Positions 1 to 13,110 are shown, counted from the whole stretch's first letter. The stretch: DNA of 62,803 bases, filler included, from Atractiella rhizophila (GCA_021432655.1; 8 parts of 8 records of this genome joined end to end with filler, not necessarily neighbours in it); one strand, 5' to 3'. Numbers and translations: made by a program. Notes: generated from the sequence alone by a model not told the origin.

Positions 1-259
1 AGGGTTGGGCGGAGGAGCGGAACTCGTATAGCTCGTAAAGTCCATAGATGCAGGTTGGTCGTGAGTATTTCTTCTACGATTTAGGTTCATTTTGAACTGT
101 TTATTTGGAGCTAAAGCTTCGACGATTGCTTGTCACGGTATCAGCTCTCATTAAATATGTGAATCTTTGAGAGGAGGTTTGTGGTATCTTCAATAAGCCA
201 CGGGTCGTCGATTCTGAGACGTCGCAATTGACGTGCGTTGTTGCAGCTCAACGTCACTT

Positions 260-779
260 CAGGACCCCGGAACATCCGCTCAGAGGTCAGATTTAATTGT
301 GTCCAATTTGAGTCAAAATTTGTTGGAGCATAGATTTTTCTGTGTCTAAAATGCCACTTTCGGCTTCCTGAGGTCAGATTTGACCGAGTCCAATGTCAGC
401 CTTCTTGAGCAGGTCAGAATATCAAATGTCCAAACTGGGCCAATCTTTTTCTAAATTGCTGGCTGAGGGGGGGGCCTCGACTACTTTGGCGAAGGCAGCA
501 GAACTGCTGGAGCTTCACCGAGGGGCTAGTCGCCCAGAGGGTGGTTAAATTGCAACCATGCACTGTGAAGGAAGGCTAATGCAGGGGAGTAGATTCAAAC
601 TTCCAGCGTTTAGCCTGCTCAAACCGACTTTAAGGTTAGATTTATTTGAGTCCAAAATGAACCTCAAAATAAATGTTGCATCAAATAGTGTCCAATTTAA
701 AGCAAAATCTTTGTGTCCAAAATGGGTCCAAAACAAGGAAATTTTAATCTAACCTCTAAGCGGATATTCCGGGGTCCTG
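260..779. mobile_element. Non-autonomous DNA transposon (MITE-like), ~520 bp
   Basis: ~34-bp TIRs: CAGGACCCCGGAACATCCGCTCAGAGGTCAGATT (260-293) vs the reverse complement ending at 779, 3 mismatches. Flanking direct repeat is TCACTT (254-259 / 780-785), or GTCACTTC (253-260 / 779-786) if each end is trimmed by 1 bp. Internal recurrences of AGGTYAGA..GTCCAA. No credible ORF. Confidence 0.8.
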
Positions 780-1039
780 TCACTTCTGAACAAAATTGCG
801 CAGCAAAATAAACTTAGTTCGGAGTAGGCGGTGCATTTTCCTGGTACCCTTGGGCTGGATGTCAAAGACGAAACTGTGTTCTCTCATTAATTGCTCAACA
901 GCTCGGTATCCCTGCCCTTTCAATGGGAATTAAGTTCAAAAATATTGCAATTATCTGGGACTACAAAACGAGTGGGTGATATTACGTTGTCCTATGCTGC
1001 CTAGGGTCTTGACGGAATACACATGGAAAAAACGCCAGC

Positions 1040-2627
1040 TTATTTTCTCAAATAACACCCTGCTAGTTGTCGCAGGTCAGAGGCGAGAGCTTTCGGATTA
1101 TCAATTCCTGCAAGCTAACATGAGAAAGCTAACAGACAACAGAGGGGGCCTTACCAGGAAAATGACCGCCACGTTCGTTTTCTGATAAGGACGCGATAGT
1201 CATCAGTTTTACAATCTAATCTGGAAGAGAAAACCTTTACCAGTGTAAAAAGTCAAATTTCCAACTTTAGCAGCATACGCTTTCGGCCAGGCAGCGACGT
1301 TGTACTTGAAGTTGGACATGCCCATTGGCGCAGTTGGAATCTTCTCCAGGTCGTCATAGGATGGACGAGTGCTTGCGCCGTTTGCGGTGTAGATCCAAGT
1401 GGAGGAAAGGAAAGTGTCGGTTAGGAAGTAGAGAGAGACCCAAGAAAGGATAGTGTCGTTAGTCCATGTGGAAGGGGCGACGCCGAATTGGGGATCAGAC
1501 CAAGAGACGAGTTTCTCTCCGATCCAAGCAAGCTGGCCCATCGGAGAGTCCTGTAACCAGTCTTAAAAAGCGTAGTTAGAGAAGCAGAGACGTACATGAA
1601 GCGCGAGTCCGATCGTGTTTGGCTAAGGAGCGGGTGAGAACAGAAGGAAAGATGAGCACAACGTGGCACGAACCTTTGTTGTCTGTTCCACCAAATAACC
1701 TGTTCCCACAGCGTTGAAGATTGCGCCTTGATTCAAGGCAAATTTCTCGAATGTGTCTAAACTGACGTTCGCAGCTTGTGTTTGCTCCAACGTAGGGGGA
1801 ATGAAAGGCAGAAAAGTGAAGAGGGAAGCTTTGACGGAGGAAGGGTAGTCGCTATACAGATAATAGGCCGGATCACCTCCCCAGTCCGTTCCATAAGTCG
1901 CATAGGTGTCATAACCCAGAATGTCGACCATCAGCGTGTTGAGCACTCGAGCAGTATCCTCATTGGTCCATTCAGTCGAAGGAAGCGATGAGAAACCGAA
2001 ACCAGGTAAAGAGGGAACAATGACGTCGAAGGATACTGGTCCCAGTTGCTCCTGTCATCCAGAATCCCTAAATGTGTACAAGCAATAATCTTACCTTGAT
2101 CTCCTTGCGGATTCGAGCCGACCTGTTGGAGTGGTCGAATCACGGGGAGGAATTCAAGGAACGAGCCTGCACCACGTCAGCATGCAGTTTTGAAGTTAAG
2201 TGAACCTACCTGGCCATCCATGCAGAAGAAGCACCGGCACAGAGTTTTGATGATTGGACTTCTCATGAATAAAGTGCAAGGTCACATTCTCGATTTTCGT
2301 AGTAAAATGTTGGTATCTGCGGCGTTCGGTGAGCAAAAGTCATTGAGACAGACAAGAGACGACAGACGAATTGATCTCCTTCTCGTGTTCCCTCCAACTG
2401 AACTTGGTGAGCCACTGCTCCTTCAGGGCCGAAAGCCAAGCCGTTGGTGATCCATGATCCCAACCTGACCCCGAGAAGCTGGATGGCAGCCTATAGTCTT
2501 GGATGAGAGAATTCATCCGATTGATGGATTTCTGAGGAATGTCAACGCGAAAAGGTCGAACATCATGCGAGTGGTTCTGAGTTGCCAGAGCCGCTGCAGC
2601 GGAAAACAAGGTGAAGAGACCTATCAT
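1040..2627 (-). CDS. Epoxide hydrolase (microsomal EH/EHN family, alpha/beta hydrolase) with N-terminal signal peptide; multi-exon
   Basis: Spliced translation gives MIGLFTLFSAAAALA, an EHN-like 'RPFRVDIP...WLTKFSWREHEKEIN', LHFIHE..LLLHGWPGSFLEF, VPSLPGFGFS, nucleophile elbow GTDWGG, GY..EQ.TK and GGHFP. Stop TAA at 1040-1042. Confidence 0.88.
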
Positions 2628-3421
2628 ACTGTGCAAAAGTGAAGGCGAATGTGACCTGGACCACCTCCATGGCGGTTTTTATGTGTTCATCGAAATACAG
2701 GAGAGCAGTCCCGATTGTACCGAGCTAAGCAAAGTCCAGAGTGGCTCCACCATACCTCGGTCGGACCTCTACGCAGGCGTGGTAGTTGTGTATAGCGCTA
2801 CAGGTAATCTTGTCAGATTGTTGAGGTGCAGTCTGCTGGTACTGTTTGTCGATGTTGATCGCCGGACGAAGTTGTGATATCGACAGTTGTTGGACGACCG
2901 AAATGAAAACATCACAAATTCTAACGCCTATAGCAACTAGTGTGGCACGACAAAGTAATCTGGCCTGGGAGGTAGTTGAGTAAGGGAACTTCGTGATGTA
3001 AAGGCAACTAAGCATCATTCATTAATCAGTGTGATGGCCAATGTTGATTGACAAAAACGTCACGGCTCCCCAACGCTCGCTATGGATTACACCAGTCATA
3101 TTGGATCTTCCAAACTATGCCTTTAGTAGCTGCTCTCTAAGGAGTCCGTGCACGTAGTGTTGTGTAGAGCGGTTTGTCAAAGGAGTAAACCGAAAGTGCG
3201 GTTAAGTTAGGGTTTGAAAGCCAGCTCCGTAGTTAACGCTAATCCAAGATTGCGGGCGAAGTGCGGGGTAACACTGACTAGAGGCGAACTAGAGTGACCT
3301 TGTGTTCAACGATCATTAGACCCCTGAAATCTTGGAATCTCTGCTGACCTCTCTGCACCACCATCTCCCATCTCCCACCCATCTCCAGCTGTGACTTGCC
3401 GTCTGCGAGAGTCATAGCGCG

Positions 3422-6400
3422 ATGCGAACCGCCCTCTTTTCCTGCGTCGCAGGACTCTCTCTTGCCGCCATGATGACCCTGCTGTGGATCAACGGCTTGC
3501 TGAGCTTCCTTCATGGTGCAATGCCTAAAGTGGGAGTCTCTCCAGCCTTCAAACCGAATGTCATCCCACTCGCCGTCAGGTCGCCTTACCTCTCCGTTTG
3601 GAAGGTGCAGGGATACAATGAGCCCATCTTTTGGCCCGGACAGGTGAACTTCCATCTCATCTTCGTGATTATGTACCTTGAGACTGATGATTTTGTGAAG
3701 AGGATGAGCTGGGGAGCTGCTGTTAGAGTCGATGGAACTACATATTGGTTCCTAGGCGACGGAGGGAGTTACTCGACTCGTTGCACAGAGAGCGGCTTCG
3801 AGGTATGACTTCATCTTCTTCATTCGACGCCAAGGCTCAAGCGAGATTCGAATGTAGCTCACGAGCACTGCCTCTATCTTCGATTACGATTGCGGACCAG
3901 TAGATTTACGAGCTTCATTTTTCAGTCCCATAGAAACTGATTTCACGAAACAATCCACGCCTTTCAGTTATTTCACCGTTCAAGTAACATCTTCGGATGG
4001 ACTTTCACACTCTGTTCAAGTTTACAGCGACATCACAGGCGGTTTGTTTTTGCAATCCTTTCAGGTAGCGATAATTGATGCCCGTCGACAGAGTGGGTGT
4101 CAACCGACCACGGGCGGTCCGTGAACTGGACAACAACAAGCACCTCTTCTCTAACCTACCATACCTCGACACTTACCGCTCCAGAAGTTTTCGCCGAATC
4201 CTGGGACTCTCCGCGATGGGGTACTGTGTATTACACCACACCTTCTTCCTCTTCTCTTACGCACCAAACTGGTCCCTACGTCGTCCTTCGCAGTCTCTTC
4301 GCTCTGCAAGGTTCTTTATACAATGTTGCAGACTCGAGATATAGGAGGATCGATGACCAGACGCCGGGTTATGCCTTTGCCAAGGATTTGGGAACTGTGG
4401 AGGGTACTAGTGAGGAGGTAGTATTTGTTGTTGGTGTAATCAGGGACCCGGCGGTTAGGTGGAGCTTGATGGGAGGGAAAGGAGAGGACGAATACCGGAG
4501 GTTGTACAGCTTTGTCAAGTGGAAAGGTGATGTCATCGCCATGGTTCGTCCGCTAAGTTTCACCTCTGTGTCAACCCATCTGATGGCGATTCCTGCAGAT
4601 GGAAGACTTCGTAAATGACCTCGAGCCTGCACGGACGAGAGCACAGGAACTAGACGCAAGGATCAGGGACGATGCTACAACTTTGGTGGGTGAGGAATAT
4701 AGGCGGATCGTGGAGCTATCTGCAAGGCAGGCGATGGCTACCATGGAGATCACGACAGATAACGAGGGTGAGAACACATGGGTATTCATGAAAGAAATTT
4801 CGAGCAACGGTATAGTTTCCTCTTGAATTCATTTTTGAAACTCGAGCTGAATTGATGTCTAGGTGATCTGAACACTGTGGATGTATGTCTGGTACAGTAA
4901 CTTGTGACTTGCTGAACCTTTGTTAGGTCTACTTCCCTGCCATGCCTATCCTCCTCTACCTCAATCCAAGCATGCTGGGTTTGATATTGAAGCCTCACCT
5001 AGTCGTCCGTCCTACCTCCCTTCCATGAGGATGACTGACAGAAAAGTGGATTTAGTATAGCACCAGTGGCTACTATCCCAACAAGTGGAGCGTCCATGAT
5101 CTAGGTGTATACCCTAATGCATACGGTCATAATGACGGGAATGACGAAAAGATGCCTGTCGAGGGTTCGTTTCCTTTTGGCCACTACGCGAAGGTTTAAC
5201 CAGCGAGATCAGAATGCGGAAACATGCTCATCATGATGCTGTCCTACGCTGTAAGCCAATGCCTATCGGCAGTGGGACCCTGACCTGATGCTCAGAAGGC
5301 TGCGAGTGGAGACATCAACCTCCTCGTCGACTATTATGAACTTTTGCGACAGTGGACAACTTTCTTGATCACGGATGGCTTGATACCTGCAAACCAGTGG
5401 GTCTTCCATTTTGTGCTATTATGAGGACGCTGATGTAAGGACATTAGACTGTCCACCGGTTTGTTGCTCTCCTCTTCATCCCAGCGACGTTGACTAACTG
5501 GACCGTTTAAAGATGATTTTGCAGGTTAGGATTTAGAAGGAAGACTAACTATATCATTCTGATGCACTGCTTGCCACAGGTCCTTTGGCTAACCAAACCA
5601 ATCTGGCTCTCAAAGCCATTGTTGCTATTCAGTCTATGAGCAAGATTTCAGCCATAGTAGGCGATGCTTCATCCTCGGCTAAATACAGCGTGAGCTCTGT
5701 TTCAATCTTTTACTCCTCCTCGCTGCTGAGGAATATCGTAGGCAACTGCAAAGGACTACATGGAGAAATTCCAGACACTCGCCAATTCGACCACAGAAGG
5801 CCACCTTACACTTTCATACAATAACGACAAGACTTGGGGTCTGATTTACAATGCCTGGCCAGACAAATTGCTCAACTTAGGTATCGTCCCGAAGAAGCTT
5901 CTGGATAAGCAGACCAAGTGGTATAAGAAGGCGAGTCTGCTGACAGTTTTTAGTGTGGGGAGGGCTGAGAGACGCACAGGTCGCAAGGAATTTCGGCGTG
6001 CAGCTTGACACTCGGCACGAGTGGACTAAGTCTGGTATGATTCTCTTTATCCGCAAACGCAGAGTGCTGATGCATGAAATTAGATTGGATGGTCTGGACT
6101 TCGGCTATCGTAACTGATGTAAGCTTGCCATATTTTATTTCGAAATCTCACTCAAATCCTTATAGAATGACACTCGCGATGTAATGCTTCGTGGATTATA
6201 TAACTTTATTACTGGGAATCGATATGAACGACCTTTTCCAGGTCTGTTTCTCGATCTTATCTTGTTGGTGCTATTGCTGATGCGATTGGATCGACAGACT
6301 GGTACGAAACGACGGATGGAAGACATAGTGGGGTGTGTCCGCTCGTTACTTCCTGAGCACTCACTAAAGCTTGAATGACAGTTCATGGCACGGCCCGTCG

Positions 6401-6567
6401 TTGGAGGTCACTTTGCCTTCCTAGCAGAGAAAGCGATTGCCAACGCTCCTGGACGACATCTCTTGCAGATGAACGAGGAGGGACAGATTGTGTTGCCAGA
6501 AGACGAGCAAATTTCATTCTGGACTCAGCTGAGCGGCAAACAGATCGTGTTCCAGTCTGAGAAGTGA
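3422..6567 (+). CDS. gtaA: Fungal glutaminase A (GtaA)-like protein, many introns
   Basis: Motifs IPLAVRSPYLSVW, FMKEISSNGDLNTVDV, NDEKMPVEECGNMLIM, ANQLSTDDFAGPLANQTNLALKAI, WGLIYN..PDKLLNL and RPVVGGHFA recovered across GT-AG introns. Hydrophobic N-terminus. Confidence 0.88.
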
Positions 6568-7444
6568 AGGTTTTTCTCGTTTGTTTCGTTCCGTCAACGT
6601 CACGACAAACATATTGGATGATGTACATATCAAGAAATCAACGGATTAGCATGTATCACAAGGTATCACATGTATTATTAAAATCACATCAATAACAAGG
6701 AAACTGTTTTCGGTTTTCGATTTCAAACGCTCGTTCCATTCCATCAGATTCCATCGACGCCAGGATTCATTCGATTTCAATATCGTGTGTAGTTCACGGC
6801 GTCGGAACTCTCATTCATTAACGTTCATTTCAGCCCTTTTTTTCTCACTTTCCTCCTCAATTATACTGCATCTCAAGACCGCAGGGTAGCGTATCCTGAG
6901 GGTTACGATCGGGTGTTCAGAGGTCTGAGCGTAAACTTTTAAGACAACGCATGATAACGACGTTCCCGGTGTTACTACCTACATAGCAGAACGATGGAGA
7001 ACATCTTAAACACCAGCTCACTCAAACTCAACTTGTACACTGACAGTTGCCATAAGAGGTATGGCGCAGCGCTCCAAGCTTTACAACCTCCGGCTATTGC
7101 CAAGTTGATCGATTTCATCTTCTCGGATCGATCCTGCTCATTCAGATCGATCAACTCGGAGTGGATCATGCGCGAAGAGCTTGCATTTGCGAGCGTCATC
7201 TGGTTCTTCATCAATAGCTCCACATGTCTACTCTGCCGCCGTTACCTCATGCAATTTCGTCTACCCGGCACCTTGCGGGGTGGCATCGTGCTCCCGCGTG
7301 CACTCCGCATTTTAGCTTGACACGCCTTCCAAATGCTGGTGGCCTCACCGCGTTCAGGTGGACCGTGGTAAATTGCATAAAAGGATGGCCCTTTCCTACC
7401 AATTCCCGTTTCCCAGTCCGAGCCACTGCGCCAACCATTTGAAC

Positions 7445-8633
7445 ATGCTCCCCTTTCTCCCCCTCCTTGTGGGTGGCGTCGCGGCAGCTACACCAAATCT
7501 CGATGCCTGTGCGGGGTATAATGCAAACGTTACGCAGAGCGGGAACAGCTTCACGGCTCAGTTGAACCTCGCAGAGGCTTGTAATGCCTACGGGGAAGAT
7601 ATCTCTAGCCTCTCCCTGAAAGTGGTTTACGAAACTGGTGAGTTTTGCTCGTCCGTTTGAGCGGTTGTTCTAAAAGAGACGTATTTAGACTCGCGAATTC
7701 ACCTTACGATCAAGGATGCTTCCAAGGACCGTTACGAAGTCCCTGAAAGCGTCTTCCCCAGACCCTCAAGCGAGAACCCCTCCCACATGCAGATCAGGTT
7801 CGAATACGAGGAGTCGCCATTTTCCTTCTCCATCGTCAGGAACTCCAATGATGAAGTTCTCTTCGATACGAAGAACCACTCGCTCATCTTCGCGCCTCAA
7901 TACCTCCGACTTGCGACCAATCTTCCCGATAATGCCAACGTCTATGGGCTAGGAGAGCACAGCGAGACTTTCCGTCTTCCAACCCACAATCTTACGCGAA
8001 CGTTATGGACCCGAGATGCTTACGGTATCCCCAATGGCACGAACTTGTATTCTTCTCACCCCGTTTACTACGAGCACCGTACGTCGGGTACCCATGGAGT
8101 CTTCCTCCTCAACTCGAACGGAATGGACATCAAGATTCACGACAACACTCTAGAATATAACGTCGTCGGTGGAATATTCGACTTTTACTTTCTGGCCGGA
8201 CCCTCTCCTATCGACGTCGCCCAACAATATGCTCAGGTCGTGGGTCGGCCTGTCGAGGCGCCGTATTGGGGATACGGCCTTCATCAGGTTCGTAAGCTGC
8301 AGTCATCTAGTTTGTGCTGACCTTGCACTAGTGCCGATACGGATACCACGACTATTTGGAGGTTGCACAAGTCGTAGCGAACTACAGCGCGGCGGGCATA
8401 CCCCTTGAGACGATGTGGACAGATATCGGTGAACCCTGCTCCTTGCCTGTTCTGTGATCAGTTTTCTGAGCTGCTCCATGTGTAGATTACATGCTGCATC
8501 GCCTCATCTTTACAACCGACGAAGACTACTTCCCCAAGGATCGTCTACAAGAAATAGTTGCCAAGCTGCACGCTAATGGACAACAATACATCCAAATGAT
8601 CGATCCTGCTATCGGCATTCGTCCTCAACTTTC
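7445..8633 (+). CDS. Secreted GH31 alpha-glucosidase, 3'-truncated at scaffold end
   Basis: Signal peptide [15 protein letters not shown], then [53 protein letters not shown] and [13 protein letters not shown]. Confidence 0.93.
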
Positions 8634-8733
8634 NNNNNNNNNNNNNNNNNNNNNNNNNNNNNNNNNNNNNNNNNNNNTTAATTAATTAANNNNNNNNNNN
8701 NNNNNNNNNNNNNNNNNNNNNNNNNNNNNNNNN
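8634..8733. other. Artificial scaffold linker
   Basis: N44-TTAATTAATTAA-N44; the core gives stops in all six frames. Confidence 0.97.
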
Positions 8734-11169
8734 TGCGCCGTCTCATCGCTTCCCCTTCCCTGCCCTTGTCCCTGTCCTTGTCCCTGCTGTTGCAGAGCGA
8801 ACGCCTGGAACTCTCTCGGACTCCGTCTCTGGGCTGACACCTGCTGATACTGTTGCTGGAGCGCAAACTGTTTCTCCCCCCTCGGACTCGGACTCCCAGC
8901 CGGACTAGGACTTCCATACCCCTTCTTGACGTCGCCCATCACCTCGACTTCCCAACTGCCCTCCTTGATCCTCGCACTCTCACACCTCCTCGCAAACAAC
9001 GCCTCCCTCTCCGTGATCAACAGTTTGAGGAAGCTAGGAGTGAACCTAAGCGTTGGAGAGAGGATGAGAAGCAAGTTCGAGAGCGTCATCTTCGTCTTGT
9101 CCGCATGTTGGGAGAGGTGGTGAAGATGAAACGCGAGGGAACGCAAGAGGTAGTAGTTCTCGGGGGACAAAGCGCCGCCGAACAAATCTTTGAGCTTGTC
9201 CAGCAAGATCGATCTGCTCTCTTCCGTAGAGGGGGACTGTGGAGAACCGGGAGAGTTAAGGGAAGAAGGAAAGGTAGCCCGGGTGGGAGTAGCGGACGAA
9301 GGGACGAGGTTGGTCGATAGCGCGGGGTGGTTGGTGTGGGAGAAAACGAGGGAGTCGACGACTGTGTCCAGGGAGTTCGACAGCACGGATTCGGGCACTG
9401 TTCTCCCAGTGTTTTAGGATCGTCTTGGGAAAGGGGAGAGAAAAGGACGCACGCTCTCGTAGCCAGCTCTTGAAGACGCTGGCGACAGCATGAGGGTCAA
9501 GATCCGCCGGTCCACATTGTAAAAGGTCGAGATCGATGCCTGTCCCATCGCCCATTTGTCAGTCATCATTCTTCTCCATCCTCATCGCATCATCAAGGCA
9601 TTCAAATATCAACTTTATATATTGTGCTCAGCTTCTTTCAGCGCCTCACTTCACTCCGGAAACCAGATCGTCATACGAAAAACACTCACCAGCACCAAAC
9701 ACCCTCCTAAGACCGTCAATCTCCCCCCTCCCCCCAGGAACTCTATAAACGCCCTCCTCCCTCTCTCCCCAAACCTCCAAATACTCCAAACACCTAACCG
9801 CAATAGCGGGCAACCACTTCCTCGTCTCCACATCGAGCCACTGTCCATTCCTCACCCCTCCCCCTCCCCTTCCATCTCCATCCGCCCCATCCCCATCCTG
9901 TCCGATTTCCCCTCCAACGGCGACCACAGATCTAGTTCCGAGGGGTACGAGACGCGATCGTGAGACTGCAAGTTCTAAAGGAACGCCAAAGACCTCCTTT
10001 TCCACATTCGGGACGACCTCCATCCTCCTCCCAAACAGCATCTCTCCCTTTCCCTTCCCGCCCCTTCCACCCGCCGACCCGGGGCGACCTGTGGCACCAT
10101 TCGCAGCGGGAGAGCACGACGCGGATGCGGAAGAAGAGGAAGAGCCCGCGAAGAGCGGTGATGTGGAGGAGGACCGGTGGCGAAGGACGGGAGGGAGGGC
10201 TTGGACGCCGGTGTTGATGCGGTCCCGGACCTTTGTTAGGTTCTGTTTGAGCCCGGCGGGGAGGGCGGGGATGGGTGGGAGTTTGGGAGGCTTGTTGAAT
10301 GCTTGGCCGAGCCCGGAAAGGGAGGCGGAGGGTGTGGTGGAGGGAGAGGTCGAGGAGGGGTGGGGAGTGGTGGATGAGGAACGGACTTTGGGGAGGGAGG
10401 GAAAGGAGGGGAGGTGGTCGGTGGAGAAGGAGAGGCCGGGGAGGATCCTGTATGGAGAGCGGGAGGTGGATGGGGTCGATGCATGGGAGGCGGCATTGGG
10501 TGAGGGAGAGGGAGATGAGGATGGGAGGGGGATGGAGGGCGAGGAGAGGGAGGGAGAGGGACCGTGTGCGTGTGTGTTGGATGTGGATTTGAAGGAGGGT
10601 AGACGGATGGATTTGCGTTTTGGAGGCGCTGGATGCGTCGGCCGTCCCATCCCTAGACTTAGACCACCCCCATTTCCATTCCCATTCTTGCTCCCACTCC
10701 CGCTTCCGCTTCCGCTTCCGCTCATGATCCCCAGTGTGGTCCCACTCCGCTCGAGCGTGACACCGCTCCGTCCATTCCCGCTTCCTCCATCTCGTGGCGG
10801 AAGAGTGCGCACCTTTGCCTCCCTCACACCGCTCCCACTTCCGTTCGGAAAAGGCGGCGCAGAAGTGGTCGTATCGACATGCTGCAACCGCGTCCCCGCG
10901 CTCTCGTCAGAGTCCAGCTCTTCGCTCGTAGTCGACAGGGAATCGTCCGACTCGTCTCCCCTCCTTCTCCCTCCTGGACTCCTGTTCCTATCCAAGTGTC
11001 CATTGGAATGGCCGCTAGACGATGCGTGCGAGTTGGATGTGGTGGATGATAGATGGCTGAATGCGGAAAGATGGTGCGAAGGATTCTTGGGCGGAGGCGG
11101 GGGAGGTCGAGTGGTGGAGGTGGATGAGGAGGCGGAGGATAGATAGAGTGGGACGGTGGGCGTGGGCAT
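8734..11169 (-). CDS. RhoGAP-domain protein with long Ser/Pro/Gly-rich N-terminus, 3'-truncated
   Basis: VFGVPLELAV, LPAIAVRCLEYLEVWG..EEGVYRVPG (arginine finger), DPHAVASVFKSWLRE|LPE, NYYLLRSLAFHL..KTKMTLSNL.LILSPTL. Two short introns. Confidence 0.9.
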
Positions 11170-12664
11170 CCTCTTCTTTCTGCGAGTCCTTATTATATGT
11201 ATAGCCTCGAATGGTCAATGATACTTGCACGCTATCCTTGCGCGAGTCCTCCGTCGATGGCGATTGAGATTAATGGAATAATCAATCAAGAGACGAAAAT
11301 TGCCCTCCACTCAACCCGACTGATCAACGCGGCAGTAAGCAATGAGAATGCGTAATGAGAATGGAGTGGCTGTGATCACTCGATGCTGGATACTGGCGTA
11401 TGCAGCTGCACCCAAGAATGCTACCTTCCTGGGAATAGGGAACAGAGGAATAGAAGAAGAAGCTGAGTTGAGGTGGCACCAGTGGTGGAAGAACCTTGGC
11501 CAGTTGCCGCCGGGCGATCGGAGAGCTGAAACGACTCCAAACGACGAGCTAGAAATGTCCATCTTGCCACATCTGGGCCTTTATCTCATTCATCTCATCA
11601 GTATATTTTATGTCAATGACATCCTTTCTGTCTTCCTATTCCTGTTCCTATTCCTATTCACGGTCGGAGCTGAGCTGAGCTGAGAATCGTGCTGAGTTCG
11701 GTTACTGAGGTGCTGGAATGTCGGATAGAGCCTGGCTAGGATGGTGGATGACACAGAGCTCTCGTCTATCTTCCCAGTCGTTTCCCTCGTGCTTCGTGCG
11801 TCAGAGTGGTGGTTAACGAATCCAGCTCGTCCATGTACGGACCCAAGCACGCGTGAGAACAGGAGAATGGAGGAGCAAACCAAACAGACCAGAGAGTATT
11901 ATCTCCATCTCCAGGCGTGAAAACAACGCACGGACTGCAGATTTTTCTTGACTCTCTGTGTGAGAGACTCCTCCAGTGCTGTTCCTCCCTAGATTTTAGA
12001 TTACACCTTTGGCGATGGCGGCTTCCACCTATCTGACGAGATTTTAACTTCCTCTTTGACTCTGAAAGTTTTATTAGGATAGGTGGAGCGAACGGATCTG
12101 TTAGAACGGTTTGAAAACTGCTAACGGCATCTGAGGCGCTAGTATCGATGGATGGACAGCATTGCAGATGACATGCATGAGCTTGGAGATGAGAGGAAAG
12201 CGTACATGTCGCCCAACAGCTTCCTTACCGTACCTCAGAACTCCTCAAGCAGCGCTCAGTGTTCGTCGTGACATGAAAGACTGCAGTCGAGAGCTCTGAA
12301 ATAATGTTCAAGTCTTCTTGTGAATGATCGCAGGATTGAGTTTACAAGTAGGGAATACCACTGTAGAGAAGTTGGTAGCATTGCCTGTTGAAGAGTGGAG
12401 TGAAGAACGAGGGAACTTGAAGTTCATGCATTCGCTCAATTCTTACTCAGAATGGAGCTCCTAACGATATCTCGGCTTGAACCTGCAGGACTAGTATATC
12501 CGCTAGGACATGGGTCTGGAATCGTCTCTCCATATCTCGGCTCTGTAAAGTTCCCGAGCTGGGATGCTTTCAGCATGTCAAAGTCCCTTTCCTTGTAAAA
12601 CGCATCCAGGTTTCGTTGGGATGTCTAGTTGCTCGAGTTGTTACTTCCCTGTCAAAGCTTCGTG

Positions 12665-13110
12665 ATGGGATGAGGATCGCCCGACCATTTTGAATACTCA
12701 ACGTTCCGATTCCTACAAATGCCTCATTCTAACATTGAAGGCGGAAACGAGACTTAAGGTGCAGTTTGGAGAATTCGCAGTCCTCAGTGGGCGATTAAGT
12801 GGTCCTTCTCAAAGTCTTGAGCAGTTCCAGAGATTCAGCCAAGTTGACGTGCGCTGCCGATGCCTTTTTCGTTGTCAGCGTTTGCGTTCAACGGTTTTGC
12901 TGAGTTACAAGCAACTCGCCAGTGGCTTGTCGCTCGGCAGCAGTCGCTTAAGCCATAATCAATGCCGAACAACTGAAGACAAATCGCCTATGCTGCCTCA
13001 GCGACCGCCCAGAAGTGGTTTAAAACCGCCTAATAATGGGATGAGAATCGCCAGACTATTTTGATAATTGACATTCCGATGCCTACAAATGCCTCATCTT
13101 CTAACATTGA
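12665..13110. repeat. Imperfect ~75-bp direct repeat, copies ~371 bp apart
   Basis: ATGGGATGAGGATCGCCCGACCATTTTGA...TTCCGATTCCTACAAATGCCTCATTCTAACATTGA (12665-12738) vs ATGGGATGAGAATCGCCAGACTATTTTGA...TTCCGATGCCTACAAATGCCTCATCTTCTAACATTGA (13036-13110). Confidence 0.8.

Noticed and set aside
1040..8633. Epoxide hydrolase + glutaminase + GH31 as a metabolic gene cluster
   Set aside because: All look secreted or membrane-targeted, but no shared pathway, backbone enzyme or regulator is evident.
8853..11146. Long plus-strand ORFs (e.g. 10091-11146, 351 aa) overlapping the RhoGAP gene
   Set aside because: They are antisense shadows of low-complexity, purine/pyrimidine-skewed coding sequence and carry no motifs.
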